DNA of 64,000 nt from a virus. This document shows positions 26,279-35,347 of this stretch, piece after piece. The position numbers and the translations under genes were made by a program. The notes beneath the pieces were generated by a model that was not told the DNA's origin, did no database searches, and was given only the letters and a program-made list of their open reading frames with translations. The stretch spans positions 4,134 to 68,133 of the IMG/VR virus record IMGVR_UViG_3300035704_000387. The stretch is one strand, 5' to 3'. Each line of letters begins with the position of its first letter. Within the stretch, counting starts at the first letter, position 1.

Positions 26279-26881
26279 CTATCCCAGCCCAAGAAGGTCA
26301 GCGCATTCCCAGGGCTGCAACCCGTAGGCCATGTAGAGACGGTGGGCGACGATGTCTTGTTCTCGCTTGCTCGCCTGACCTGGAGACGGTGCGAATCCGG
26401 GATCGCTGAAGCTCTGCCAGGTCGGCACCGAGCCGCTGAAGAGGATCCCGTAGTAGCCGCTCGGCACGTAGGCGCGGACGCCGGACTCGCAACGCACGAT
26501 CGGGAACGGGATAGCCCAGCGCCGGCCGCCACCGTGAAACGGGGTGACGCGCGAGCGCCAGAGCTCGGCTCGCCGATGCTTGTAGAAGGCGTGCTGCAGG
26601 AGCGCCCAGCTTCGCTTCATCTCCCGCCGTTCGCCGGCGCCGGCACACGCGAGTCGATGACGCGCCGCGGCGATCGTCAATGCCTTGGGCTTCTCCCTCT
26701 CCCAGCGAGAGGTCTTCCAGATCTTCTTGGCGAAGGTCTCGAAGGCTGGGGCCGTGAAGGATTGGCCGTGGCAGGGATCGGGGTGGAGCGGGATGTTTGG
26801 TCGCAGGGCCTCGGTCGGACTCGCCAGCACAAGCGCGAGCAGGACGGCGACCCCTGATATGGGTAGAGCGACGCGGCGGAT
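26279..26881 (-). CDS. Secreted resuscitation-promoting factor (Rpf)-like lytic transglycosylase; proposed ATC start
   Basis: C-terminal IVRCESG...YYGILF...TWQ...ASKREQDIVAHRLY...GLQPWEC; signal peptide IRRVALPISGVAVLLALVLASPTEA begins upstream of the track's GTG at 26830. Confidence 0.8.
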   Translation of the reverse strand: MRRVALPISGVAVLLALVLASPTEALRPNIPLHPDPCHGQSFTAPAFETFAKKIWKTSRWEREKPKALTIAAARHRLACAGAGERREMKRSWALLQHAFYKHRRAELWRSRVTPFHGGGRRWAIPFPIVRCESGVRAYVPSGYYGILFSGSVPTWQSFSDPGFAPSPGQASKREQDIVAHRLYMAYGLQPWECADLLGLG

Positions 26882-26989
26882 AGATCCTCCGTTGTCGGGG
26901 ACAGGATGCGCCGCTCAGAGCCAGGGAGACCGGGGCGCTTCTGAGGTGAAAAGGAGGGATTGCGCCACTGCCGGCGCTACAGTGGGTGC

Positions 26990-27217
26990 GTGGATGCAGT
27001 GATCAAGCCGGACGGCAACTGCCCGAACTGCGGCACGTTCGTTGACCTGCCGGGCGGCTTTCACGGCACGCCCTCGATGACTCCGCATTCCCACCGTGAC
27101 TGCCCCGACTGCGCGCGGCCCCTCATCTGGTTCAAGGACGCGCAGGCGTTACCCGAAGGTTGGATGGTTGACGAGGTGGAGGAGCGACGGCGCGCCGCGC
27201 AGGCGGAAGACCTCTGA
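26990..27217 (+). CDS. Zn-ribbon protein (moron)
   Basis: CPNCG...CPDC; TACAGT 6 nt before GTG (leaderless). Confidence 0.6.
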   Translation: MDAVIKPDGNCPNCGTFVDLPGGFHGTPSMTPHSHRDCPDCARPLIWFKDAQALPEGWMVDEVEERRRAAQAEDL

Positions 27218-27420
27218 TGGCTCGCGGCCCCATCCCAGACCAGCCGGAAGCTGCGCACATCGCGGCCAATTTCGCCGCCATCGCCAACACTGGCTACACG
27301 CTCAAGGATTTCGTCAGGGCGGAGCGCCGCTACTTGGAATCGCTACCGACCGCCGCCGAGTTCCTCGCCGCATTCTCCAACCAGCCCCTCAGCTCCTCCG
27401 CGCACCCAGCACACAAGTAG
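27217..27420 (+). CDS. Hypothetical protein
   Basis: TGATG-coupled to the previous gene. Confidence 0.5.
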   Translation: MARGPIPDQPEAAHIAANFAAIANTGYTLKDFVRAERRYLESLPTAAEFLAAFSNQPLSSSAHPAHK

Positions 27421-27498
27421 ACCCACTCCACCCGCGGTCTTGATGAGGGTCGATGCGGTTGGGGCACCGAGAGCAGGAGAGGCTCTTGCCGTCCTCGC

Positions 27499-27921
27499 TC
27501 ACTTCTCGTAGTCGAGCGTGATGACGGTCAGCGGCTCAGGCGAGGGAGCGACGAGCTCGACAGCGCCGAGGCAGTAGTACTCCGGCGTGTCGTCGGGCAA
27601 GCCCCAGCCTGACTGCAGCACGTCGCCCAGTGCCTTGTCGATCAGCGGGCGAAAGTTCGCTTCATCCCTGCGTCGCCGCTGGGTGAAGTGGATCGCAGCC
27701 GTAGCCGTAACCCAATCGAGCCTGCGGGGCACCTTCGCAACCATCAAGGCAGTGGCAATGTCCTGTTCCCATCGCTGCTTCTCCCGTCGACCGACCGCCC
27801 AGTGAGAGCGGTAGCCGACCGCGTTGAGCGAGGAGGGCGTTCCGGGGATCTCAAGCGTGGCCCGGATCGGTGCATCGGCTGAAGCCACGCCGCCGTGTAG
27901 TTGATCCCGTAGCGCTCCCAT
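27499..27921 (-). CDS. RusA-like Holliday junction resolvase
   Basis: PSSLN...RRDEANF....KALGDVL...LPDD. Confidence 0.7.
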   Translation of the reverse strand: MGALRDQLHGGVASADAPIRATLEIPGTPSSLNAVGYRSHWAVGRREKQRWEQDIATALMVAKVPRRLDWVTATAAIHFTQRRRRDEANFRPLIDKALGDVLQSGWGLPDDTPEYYCLGAVELVAPSPEPLTVITLDYEK

Positions 27922-27932
27922 CGGGTCACCAG

Positions 27933-28274
27933 TCAGTACGAGCTGATGATCTGACTCGGGGGCTCGACTAGCGAGGCCAAGGTCTCTGGCGTCCGGTGCT
28001 CATCGCAGAGCGGGTAGCCGTTGCCATGTGGCGGCCGGGTGGTCAGGCCCTTCTTGGTCGGCTCGCCGCAGATCTCGCAACCCGTCCAGTCGCCATAGCT
28101 CTCCTCTTTCTGGCCGGCGAGCAGGTAGGAGTGGAAGCACTCCTCTGCCTCCTTGCAGGTAGCGTGAGGCTCGTGGTTCCGGCAGTCGCCCTCCCGCCAG
28201 ATCTGGCCATTGTGCATGCCGGTGAAGTGCCAGCCGGAGCCGTCCTTGAGCTTGCGGGCTTCGTAGTAGTTCAC
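27933..28274 (-). CDS. Cys/His-rich hypothetical protein
   Basis: CEICG...LCDEH. Confidence 0.6.
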   Translation of the reverse strand: MNYYEARKLKDGSGWHFTGMHNGQIWREGDCRNHEPHATCKEAEECFHSYLLAGQKEESYGDWTGCEICGEPTKKGLTTRPPHGNGYPLCDEHRTPETLASLVEPPSQIISSY

Positions 28275-28517
28275 GGCCGATACCCCGCTTCAAACGCCAG
28301 CCCGACCGGCTTGAAGCTGACCGTGTCCACCCAGCTTGGTTTCCAGTCCCGCACCGAGTGAGCACCGCCGGCCGAGGAGGAGAGCGGCGAGGAGTTACAG
28401 CGCGCCAGCCGCCTCATTTGTTGAGGTCCAGGTCAGCGTCGGTCAGCGTATATTCGCCGTCCAGCATCGCGTTCTTGCCGTGTTCGGTGTAGGGCATCGT
28501 GCTCTCCCCCTATCTGC

Positions 28518-28880
28518 CTACGGCCGATGCTGGGTCCGGTGGGCAGCCGCGATTCTGACGCGTGCTTCCTGGGCGTAGACGATCTGCCCGCTGGCGGCAT
28601 GCAGGATGCTGGTGAGCGCAGCGACGATCGGCACGGCCTCCGGCACTCCGGACGCCAGCGCTGCCAGGAAGACGCCGGCGAGGGTGAGGATGGTGTTGAC
28701 GACGGCTGGCACCTTGAGCTTGGAATAGCTGAGGTAGCCGGCGGCCGTGCTGAGGATGGTGACCACTGCGGCGGTGATCGGAGCGATGGCCGGAACGACC
28801 CCGCCGACCGCGGCAGCGATCGCGAGTGCGACGACGAGTGCGAGGCCGACGTACGCCGGCACCTTCACCTTGGGATGCAT
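28518..28880 (-). CDS. Holin-like membrane protein (internal duplication)
   Basis: Four hydrophobic segments; KVKVPA/KLKVPA repeated; GAAAGGA RBS. Confidence 0.6.
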   Translation of the reverse strand: MHPKVKVPAYVGLALVVALAIAAAVGGVVPAIAPITAAVVTILSTAAGYLSYSKLKVPAVVNTILTLAGVFLAALASGVPEAVPIVAALTSILHAASGQIVYAQEARVRIAAAHRTQHRP

Positions 28881-28960
28881 GGATGGGTCCTTTCTGTAGC
28901 TCGCGGGATGCGAGCGGAATGGAGCGCTCAGGGGCGAGCGCGGCGGAGAACCGGCAGCCG

Positions 28961-29716
28961 CTACTCGGCTACCGGGAACGTCGAGACCTGGAGCAGGCCG
29001 AAACTGGCCTTGATGCGGCGGTGGCGGCGGGAGCCGGGCAGGATGTCGACGGGACGCTGGCCGGCGGCGCGGCCGTTGGTCGGATCGCCCTCGGCAGTCA
29101 CCTGCTGCCAGCCCGCCTTCAGGTTCCCCAGGTCGAGGAAGGAGAGGTATCCGCCCTTGGCCAGTGAGAACGGCTCGGTGACGTGGCCCTTGAAGGAGAG
29201 CAGCTTGCCCTTACCCGCGAACTGCGGTGAGAAGTAGTCGGGCAGCACGAAGTCGGAGACCAGCACGCCGTCGATCTCATAGCCGAGCGCGTCGGCCTCG
29301 ACCGCGTCGGAGAGCTCCTTCGCGTAGAGCCGCCCCGTCTTCGGATCCAGAGCGCTTTCGTTGATGTCCGCGTCACCCAGCATCTCCAGCAGCTCGTGGG
29401 AGGCGGTGACCGAGACCTCAGCGCCGTAGCGCTTGTCGGTCGCCGCGAAGACCTTCCCGACCGGCTGAAGACCGTTGGGGGTCAGGTCGTGGTAGCCGAG
29501 CGCGCCGGCTTGGTCGGAGTCGTCGAGGATCGCCAGCACCCAGGCGTTCGCCGGCGGCTTCCCGCCCTTCGGGACCGGGACGAGGTGCGCGGCGTAGCCC
29601 CAGGTCGAGCGAACGTCGTCGTCCACCTGCTTCTGAAGTGCAGCGGTGATGCTCGCGACCTCCTCGTCCGTGCAGGCCGTGGACTGGTTGACGATCGCGA
29701 CGTTGATCCGGCTCAT
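28961..29716 (-). CDS. Putative Zn metallopeptidase (HExxE)
   Basis: GALGYHD...SVTASHELLEMLGD...ELSDAVE...VSDFVLP. Confidence 0.7.
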   Translation of the reverse strand: MSRINVAIVNQSTACTDEEVASITAALQKQVDDDVRSTWGYAAHLVPVPKGGKPPANAWVLAILDDSDQAGALGYHDLTPNGLQPVGKVFAATDKRYGAEVSVTASHELLEMLGDADINESALDPKTGRLYAKELSDAVEADALGYEIDGVLVSDFVLPDYFSPQFAGKGKLLSFKGHVTEPFSLAKGGYLSFLDLGNLKAGWQQVTAEGDPTNGRAAGQRPVDILPGSRRHRRIKASFGLLQVSTFPVAE

Positions 29717-30642
29717 GCGGATTCCTTTCAATTCGGGATTCGGTCAGGTGGACGAGACCGAGAGAAAAGGGACTACGGCAGCGGCCAGACAGTCGGAGCC
29801 CATCGGCGACCGGCCCAGCGCAGCGGCCGGTTGCAGCGGCGGCAGATGCGGCAGATGCCTCCGCAGAAGTCGATCGTTTCGCCACGTTCGATCTTCCCGC
29901 GTCGGTGAGGGCACCTCGGCTTGTGGCCGAAGAGGCGACACAGGATCGGCATCTGCCCTCCCCTGCTCAGCGGGTCCAGTCGTCCCGTTCGCCGTCTTCG
30001 TTCCAGTCGCCCGTGACGAAGGCACGACCGAGCGCATAGATGGCGCGGGGCAGTTCGACGAAGAGGAGCCGCAGAAACTTCACTGCTCTTCCTTCGAGCT
30101 GAGGACGAGGACGTCGCCAACCTTCAGCGGCGTCTCGCCGGCGGCGTAGGAGCCGGACTCCGAGATGCGTACGAGGCGACCTGGGCCCTCGTCTTCGGGC
30201 AGGACCTCCTCGACCGTGTACTGGGCGGGTTGGGTGCTCATCGGTGCTTCCTTCCTGCTCGGTGGAGTTCCTGGGGAAGCCGCCGCCAGAAGGCGAGCGT
30301 CAGCTTCGACTCGTCGAGCGAGCGGTTGTTCGAGCGGTCGGTCCACAGCACGTACTCGTTCGGGCCGCAGACGTGCCGCTTGCCCATGGGCGACGCTCAG
30401 GGCTTGCGGCGCCGTTTCTGCCACCCGCTTTCTTCGTATTCGTGCTGGTCGCTGTATTCGGAGAGACTCTTCCAGAGGTCGTGGATGCCCTTCACGATCA
30501 GCCAGGGCAGCAGCACGACGGTCTTGACGACCTTGAGGATCTTCATCACTGCCTCCTTTCGATTAAGCCGGTGAGGCTCATTTCTTGCCCTCCCAGATCA
30601 GGCAGACATAAAGGCCGTCGCCGAAGAGGGCGGGTTGGTTGC

Positions 30643-31284
30643 TCATCGGTGCGCCTTCGGGGCCGGGATCTCATCCACGCCGTAGTGCTTGCGCTGGCGG
30701 TTCAGCTTGTGCCGGAGCGTTTCGGCGTGCTTGGAAGTCGGGTGCAGGCGGTGAGCGATGAAGTACTGGGCGAGCTCGATCACGTAGCCCTCGGGGTAGC
30801 CGGGGCCGCAGTCGACATGGCCGCTGCCCATGATCCCGAAGTCCTTGTGCTGGAAGACACCGGGACGGGTGATCGCTGCACCCGAGCACTCGCCCTTCTC
30901 CAGTGGCACGCCATAGTGCATGTGGCCGTAGGCGAGGAACTCGGCGGCGCCGTGAAGCTGAGCGTGCCGGTGGGCCATCCACTCGTCACGGGAGAAGTGG
31001 GCGAAGGCGATCTGCTCCAGATTCAAGGTCACGGAGTTGAGTTCGCAGACGGCCCACGCCTTCATCCCGTCCTCGACATAGCGACCGAACTTGCCATCGA
31101 CGTTGACGCCCAGGTGGGCAGAGGCTTCCTCGCCGTCGAAGATGCTACCCAGCGTGACCAGATCGGACGGCGGATCCCCGTGAGGGGCGTCGCCGCCCTC
31201 CGTCGTATGGAGGACGAGGCCGTGGATTCGGGCTCCCTCTCGAGAAGAGGCGTGCGAGGTCAGGTGCGTGTAGTCGACCTTCAT
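30643..31284 (-). CDS. Endolysin, N-acetylmuramoyl-L-alanine amidase
   Basis: GLVLHTTEG...ASAH...AWAV...LEQ...QHKD...GHVDCG; AAAGGA RBS before ATG 31284. Confidence 0.85.
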   Translation of the reverse strand: MKVDYTHLTSHASSREGARIHGLVLHTTEGGDAPHGDPPSDLVTLGSIFDGEEASAHLGVNVDGKFGRYVEDGMKAWAVCELNSVTLNLEQIAFAHFSRDEWMAHRHAQLHGAAEFLAYGHMHYGVPLEKGECSGAAITRPGVFQHKDFGIMGSGHVDCGPGYPEGYVIELAQYFIAHRLHPTSKHAETLRHKLNRQRKHYGVDEIPAPKAHR

Positions 31285-31394
31285 CGAGGCGATTCCTTTC
31301 GGTGGTTCTGGAGCCGCGCTGTACTGGGCGGCGAGGTCTTGGTGGGGCGCTACAGTGGGGTCACTGCAAATCGATCTGAGAGGGGAAGCCTCAG

Positions 31395-31946
31395 ATGCAA
31401 CGGACGACCTATCCGGTCCTCCATTACCACGAATACCTCGGCGGCCGCGATTCGCAAACCGTCCACGGAACCCGCCAATACTGTGGCCACTGTCGGCGCG
31501 ATATCGGCGGAATCCATGGCGGGGCCTGTTACGGCTGGCCTGGAACGCCCGACGACTTGGAAGCCAAGAACGAGCGCGACAGCCTGCTCGGATCCTGGGA
31601 ACCCAACCGTGACCCCCTGGAGCACTATGCCTTCTGTCCATGGTGCGGCGTGCAGTTCGAGGACGAGTGGTGGAACCACAGGGTTATCCAGAACGAGCGC
31701 GTAATCGATCACTTCCGATGCCCGGGCACGCACAAGGGCGATACGCACGAGTTCCGAGGAAGCTTTGAGGGGCACTATCTGGCAACGACGGATCCGATGG
31801 TTTGCTGGTGCGAGCCCCAAATCACGCCGGGTCTGATGGGATGTGTGATCCGCCATCAGGACCGGAGCTATGCCGACTATCTGGCATCGCGGCCCGATCC
31901 TGAACCGGAGGAGTACTTCGACAACGATGAAGACTTCGAGACTTAG
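31395..31946 (+). CDS. Cys/His-rich moron protein
   Basis: CGHC, CPWC and CWC motifs; own promoter-like TACAGT at 31351 and downstream hairpins. Confidence 0.65.
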   Translation: MQRTTYPVLHYHEYLGGRDSQTVHGTRQYCGHCRRDIGGIHGGACYGWPGTPDDLEAKNERDSLLGSWEPNRDPLEHYAFCPWCGVQFEDEWWNHRVIQNERVIDHFRCPGTHKGDTHEFRGSFEGHYLATTDPMVCWCEPQITPGLMGCVIRHQDRSYADYLASRPDPEPEEYFDNDEDFET

Positions 31947-31978
31947 CGGGCCAGCTTCCCGCTACGCCCGCTTTGCGC

Positions 31979-32002
31979 GACGGCCCGCTCCGGCGGGCCG
32001 TC
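31979..32002 (+). terminator. Terminator hairpin
   Basis: GACGGCCCGC-TCCG-GCGGGCCGTC followed by TGCGTTTT. Confidence 0.65.
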
Positions 32003-32029
32003 TGCGTTTTGACGGTTTAAGGTGAGCAG

Positions 32030-32224
32030 ATGGCCCAAATCACCGCCGAGGAGTTCGAGCGGCGCTACGCCGAGCGCTCCGGTCTTACCGTCGAGGAACT
32101 GCGCGCCCTCGGTCGGGTCGTGCGCCCGTGCGATTGCGAATACGAGGAGTGCGAGGGCTGGCAGTCCGTCAGCGCCGAGATCGCCGCCGAAATCGACGAT
32201 CCCGCGCTCCCCTTCGTGCGTTAA
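32030..32224 (+). CDS. Small moron protein
   Basis: FERRYAERSG...PCDCEYEECEGW; TAAGGT 6 nt before ATG. Confidence 0.65.
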   Translation: MAQITAEEFERRYAERSGLTVEELRALGRVVRPCDCEYEECEGWQSVSAEIAAEIDDPALPFVR

Positions 32225-32238
32225 GGGGCAGTCCGTCG

Positions 32239-32850
32239 CTACGGCGGGCAGGGACCTACCAGCGCTCCCCTCACCCCGCACTGCACCTGACCCACCGTTT
32301 CGCCCACGTCTTCTGCGGCTTCCCGGACGCTTTCGATCGCTTCGGGGATCAGGGCCGGTGCAGCGGGAGTCGGCAGGATCGGTGGGACCGTCGGCGTTTC
32401 GATGACGGGTGGCGGGGGCGGTTCTAAAGTCTGCGTCGGCTGCGTGACGGTCGGGGCGGCGGTCGAAGGCGAGGAAGCCGGCGCCGGCGAGGGTTCACTG
32501 CCGCCTGAGGACGGCGCTGGCGGCGAGTGGTGCCGGGGCGGCGTGTGCTTGACGGGCGCCTGAAGCTGATGGGCAACTGATGGAGCGTTCGCCTGTGACG
32601 GCGCATCAGTTGCGCCAACCTCCAAGCTTGGGACCGACTTGGAGCTGCCTTGGACTTCGCGCGCCTCATGAACAGCGAGCTTGTGCAGTTGCCGATGGTC
32701 GTGCTGGCGTTGGATGACAACCGTGTCGATCCGGCCTTCGATCCTCTGGCCCCAAAAGTAGGCGCCGGCGAGAAGGAGTAGGAAGCCAATGCCGACTCCC
32801 AGCGATCGCCACCCCGCCGCTTGGACCTCACGCTGAAGGGCAGTCTTCAT
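32239..32850 (-). CDS. Membrane-anchored Pro-rich protein (lysis region)
   Basis: N-terminal TM helix, Pro/Ser/Thr-rich tail. Confidence 0.6.
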   Translation of the reverse strand: MKTALQREVQAAGWRSLGVGIGFLLLLAGAYFWGQRIEGRIDTVVIQRQHDHRQLHKLAVHEAREVQGSSKSVPSLEVGATDAPSQANAPSVAHQLQAPVKHTPPRHHSPPAPSSGGSEPSPAPASSPSTAAPTVTQPTQTLEPPPPPVIETPTVPPILPTPAAPALIPEAIESVREAAEDVGETVGQVQCGVRGALVGPCPP

Positions 32851-32851
32851 C

Positions 32852-33169
32852 TCAGATTCCTCCCTTGGCAACGATGATTCCCAGGGCGGCAATCAGGAAG
32901 AGGCCAACGCCTTGAGCCACCTTGACGGCGAACGCGGCGCCCTTGCCTTCATCGCGGGTGGACTCAAGCGAGTCGATCCGCCCCTCGTGGTCCTTCACCC
33001 ATTCCTCGGAAGCCTTGCCGCCGACTTCCTGGCGGAGCTCCTCGAGCCGGCGGACCACCTCTCCATGCTCGACGGTGTTCTCGGCACGCATCTCCGCTAC
33101 CTGCTTGCCCAAGGCACGGACCTCCCCGATGAGTTCGCCCAGCTCCTTTTCGCTTGCAGGTGGGTTCAA
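32852..33169 (-). CDS. Coiled-coil protein with C-terminal TM (holin/XhlA-like)
   Basis: Coiled coil, then GVGLFLIAALGIIV. Confidence 0.65.
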   Translation of the reverse strand: MNPPASEKELGELIGEVRALGKQVAEMRAENTVEHGEVVRRLEELRQEVGGKASEEWVKDHEGRIDSLESTRDEGKGAAFAVKVAQGVGLFLIAALGIIVAKGGI

Positions 33170-33256
33170 CCGGGCCTCGCTTGGGGTCGATGTTTGCGCT
33201 ACTTAGGGGGCCTTGCGGCTAACCTCTACTCCCCCTACGAAAAGGTGCCCTCCGCG

Positions 33257-33285
33257 ACAGGCCCGCTCTTTCGACGCGGGCCTGT
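33257..33285. terminator. Hairpin
   Basis: ACAGGCCCGC...GCGGGCCTGT, 10-bp stem. Confidence 0.5.
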
Positions 33286-33360
33286 TGTGCGTCTGGAGGG
33301 ACTAAATTCGGATGCTGAACTGGGCTGTAGCGCTCGGGATCGGTTACGGTGCTCGGCGCG

Positions 33361-33948
33361 ATGGGCGTGCGGAACCTTCGAGCGATCTGCCCGAACTGCG
33401 GCGGCAAGATCCACACCCAGCCGAAGGGCCTTGGCCACTTCACCTGGGCCAATAGCTGGATGCTCGTCCAGACCGGGAGCGAGTGCCAACACTGCGGGGC
33501 GGCACTGAGCGGGAAGGTCGCGGCTGGCAACAAGGCGATCCTCGCTGAGGATGCAGATAAGACCTGGCGCGAGCGCGAAACCGGCAAGCCTGCCAAGGCT
33601 GCTTCCGTGCCGCGCTTTCGGCTGCCCGCCGAATACCAACGCTCCCTCGTTGTGGAATTCACGTTTGAGGACGATGCCGACGCCATATTCGCCGCCCTGC
33701 ACCGGGCGACCCTTGGTCTCGGTCACCGACTCATTGAATCCGACAAGACAAGCCGAAGGCTCGTATTCAAGACGCCGTTTTCTATGGCATCTGGACGCCT
33801 CCGAATTGAAGGGCGGGTATTTGTGGGCGAGGATGACGAGCCGGGCTGCTTCCTTCGCATCTATCGCCCCGCGGTTCCCCTCCTCGCGTGGGGGGAGAAA
33901 AACGCCGTAACCGAACAACTCATGGGTTTGATGCTGGAGCCGATGTGA
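33361..33948 (+). CDS. Zn-ribbon moron protein
   Basis: CPNCG...CQHCG, then an alpha/beta domain; antisense to the late operon. Confidence 0.65.
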   Translation: MGVRNLRAICPNCGGKIHTQPKGLGHFTWANSWMLVQTGSECQHCGAALSGKVAAGNKAILAEDADKTWRERETGKPAKAASVPRFRLPAEYQRSLVVEFTFEDDADAIFAALHRATLGLGHRLIESDKTSRRLVFKTPFSMASGRLRIEGRVFVGEDDEPGCFLRIYRPAVPLLAWGEKNAVTEQLMGLMLEPM

Positions 33949-34060
33949 GTCAGTTGCGGTTGCGCCACTCAGCGACGCTCCCTACACTGGGCGCGTGCAT
34001 ACCACAGCGCCCCCGCGACGCAGCAACGTCCGGGGGCATGACACCAGGAGGCTAGTCCTG

Positions 34061-34441
34061 ATGCGATTCCGAACGGTAGCAATGCTCGCAGTGGCGGCGC
34101 TTGCCCTATCCCTCCCGTCCTCCGCCATGGCGGTCTCCGCTAGGCCGACAATTCTCCAGGCAGCCGAAGCCCTGCATGACCAAGAAGGCCTGCAGGATGG
34201 CTCGACCACCGTTGCCGAATGCCACACTGGCGCCCAGCCCGGAACGGTCGTATGCGTTGCCACCATGAGGGGGATCGTTGAACTCTCGGTAGGCCCCGTT
34301 GAAGCCGAGTGCGTGGCTGCGGTGGCGGCGGTATGGCTACCGCTCCGCGTATCCGGCTTCAAGGTGGTGGGCGCGCCGGGGATGTGGAGCCCGCGAGCAG
34401 TGTCTGACACGCGCTGCGAAGGTGTGCCCCTAAACGGCTAA
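34061..34441 (+). CDS. Secreted Cys-containing moron protein
   Basis: AGGAGG RBS; signal peptide MRFRTVAMLAVAALALSLPSSAMA; TTGCGC-17-TACACT promoter at 33960-33988. Confidence 0.65.
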   Translation: MRFRTVAMLAVAALALSLPSSAMAVSARPTILQAAEALHDQEGLQDGSTTVAECHTGAQPGTVVCVATMRGIVELSVGPVEAECVAAVAAVWLPLRVSGFKVVGAPGMWSPRAVSDTRCEGVPLNG

Positions 34442-35334
34442 TAGCCGAAGACGACGACCCAGAGCTGTCGTTCCTTCACCGTGAGAGGAGCGCCGCCGCC
34501 GCCGGCCTTAAACCTGACAGAGAGGTTGTAGGTGCCGGCAGCAGCGAAGACCTGACAGAGACCGCCGTAGGCACCGCTAGCCAGCATGCCGCCACCCAAT
34601 TCTGCTTCGGCTGACTGAGGCATCCCAACCACGGCGCCAGTCGTTGGCCAAGCCAACGCCCCCGGCGTCACCGTCTGGCTGCCGACTAGCCCCAGCGGGC
34701 ATGAGGTCAAGGAGCCCCATTGATTTTCGGTGAGGGTTGACGAGCGAGCTGCTTGCTTGCCTTCACCGCCTGCCGGGTCCGGTACACGAAGTTGGTTTTC
34801 GCCCAGAAATATCGCTGCTGCGCCGCGGCCGACTCCTTTCGTCCCGGACTTCCAGATTGCTTTGTAACCCACCAGCATGAATCCTCCGGCTGGGACTACG
34901 ATGTTCTGAATTTCATCGGCCGTCGTCAGGGCAGTGAATGATTCCGAGGTCTTCGTCTCTTCGGTCGAAATGATCTTCGGTGCGTACCAGGAGACCGGCT
35001 TGGCAGAGGTCGCGAGCTTTGAAGTGCCCACTGCTCCGTTTTTGATCTTCCCTTCGGTGACTTTTTCGCTACCGATCGTGAAGACGCCCGATTCATCATT
35101 CGTCACGTCTCCACTGCCCGTCACGTACTGAGGCACGCCAGAGGCGTTGCAGACGACTAGCTGTTTGGCCGAGCCTTTCTGGAGCCATTTCAGCGACTGC
35201 TCGTTTTCGGCCGCGAGGATCGCGTGGACCCGTTCGGCAATCGCTTTTGAGACCGCCGCCATGTCCGGCGGTTTGTCGGTGCCGAGGTAGTAGGGGACTT
35301 CCCAGGGCGCAGCGGTTTTGCCAGAGACGGCCAT
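34438..35334 (-). CDS. Tail fibre / receptor-binding protein
   Basis: Last gene of the baseplate operon; SGDVT and VTEGKIKNGAVGTSKLA fibre motifs. Confidence 0.7.
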   Translation of the reverse strand: MAVSGKTAAPWEVPYYLGTDKPPDMAAVSKAIAERVHAILAAENEQSLKWLQKGSAKQLVVCNASGVPQYVTGSGDVTNDESGVFTIGSEKVTEGKIKNGAVGTSKLATSAKPVSWYAPKIISTEETKTSESFTALTTADEIQNIVVPAGGFMLVGYKAIWKSGTKGVGRGAAAIFLGENQLRVPDPAGGEGKQAARSSTLTENQWGSLTSCPLGLVGSQTVTPGALAWPTTGAVVGMPQSAEAELGGGMLASGAYGGLCQVFAAAGTYNLSVRFKAGGGGAPLTVKERQLWVVVFGY

Positions 35335-35347
35335 GCGGGACTCCTGA

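Noticed and set aside
26882-26990. c-di-AMP (ydaO) riboswitch upstream of the Rpf gene
   Set aside because: The available leader is short and I could not find the conserved ydaO elements by eye; an Rfam scan would settle it
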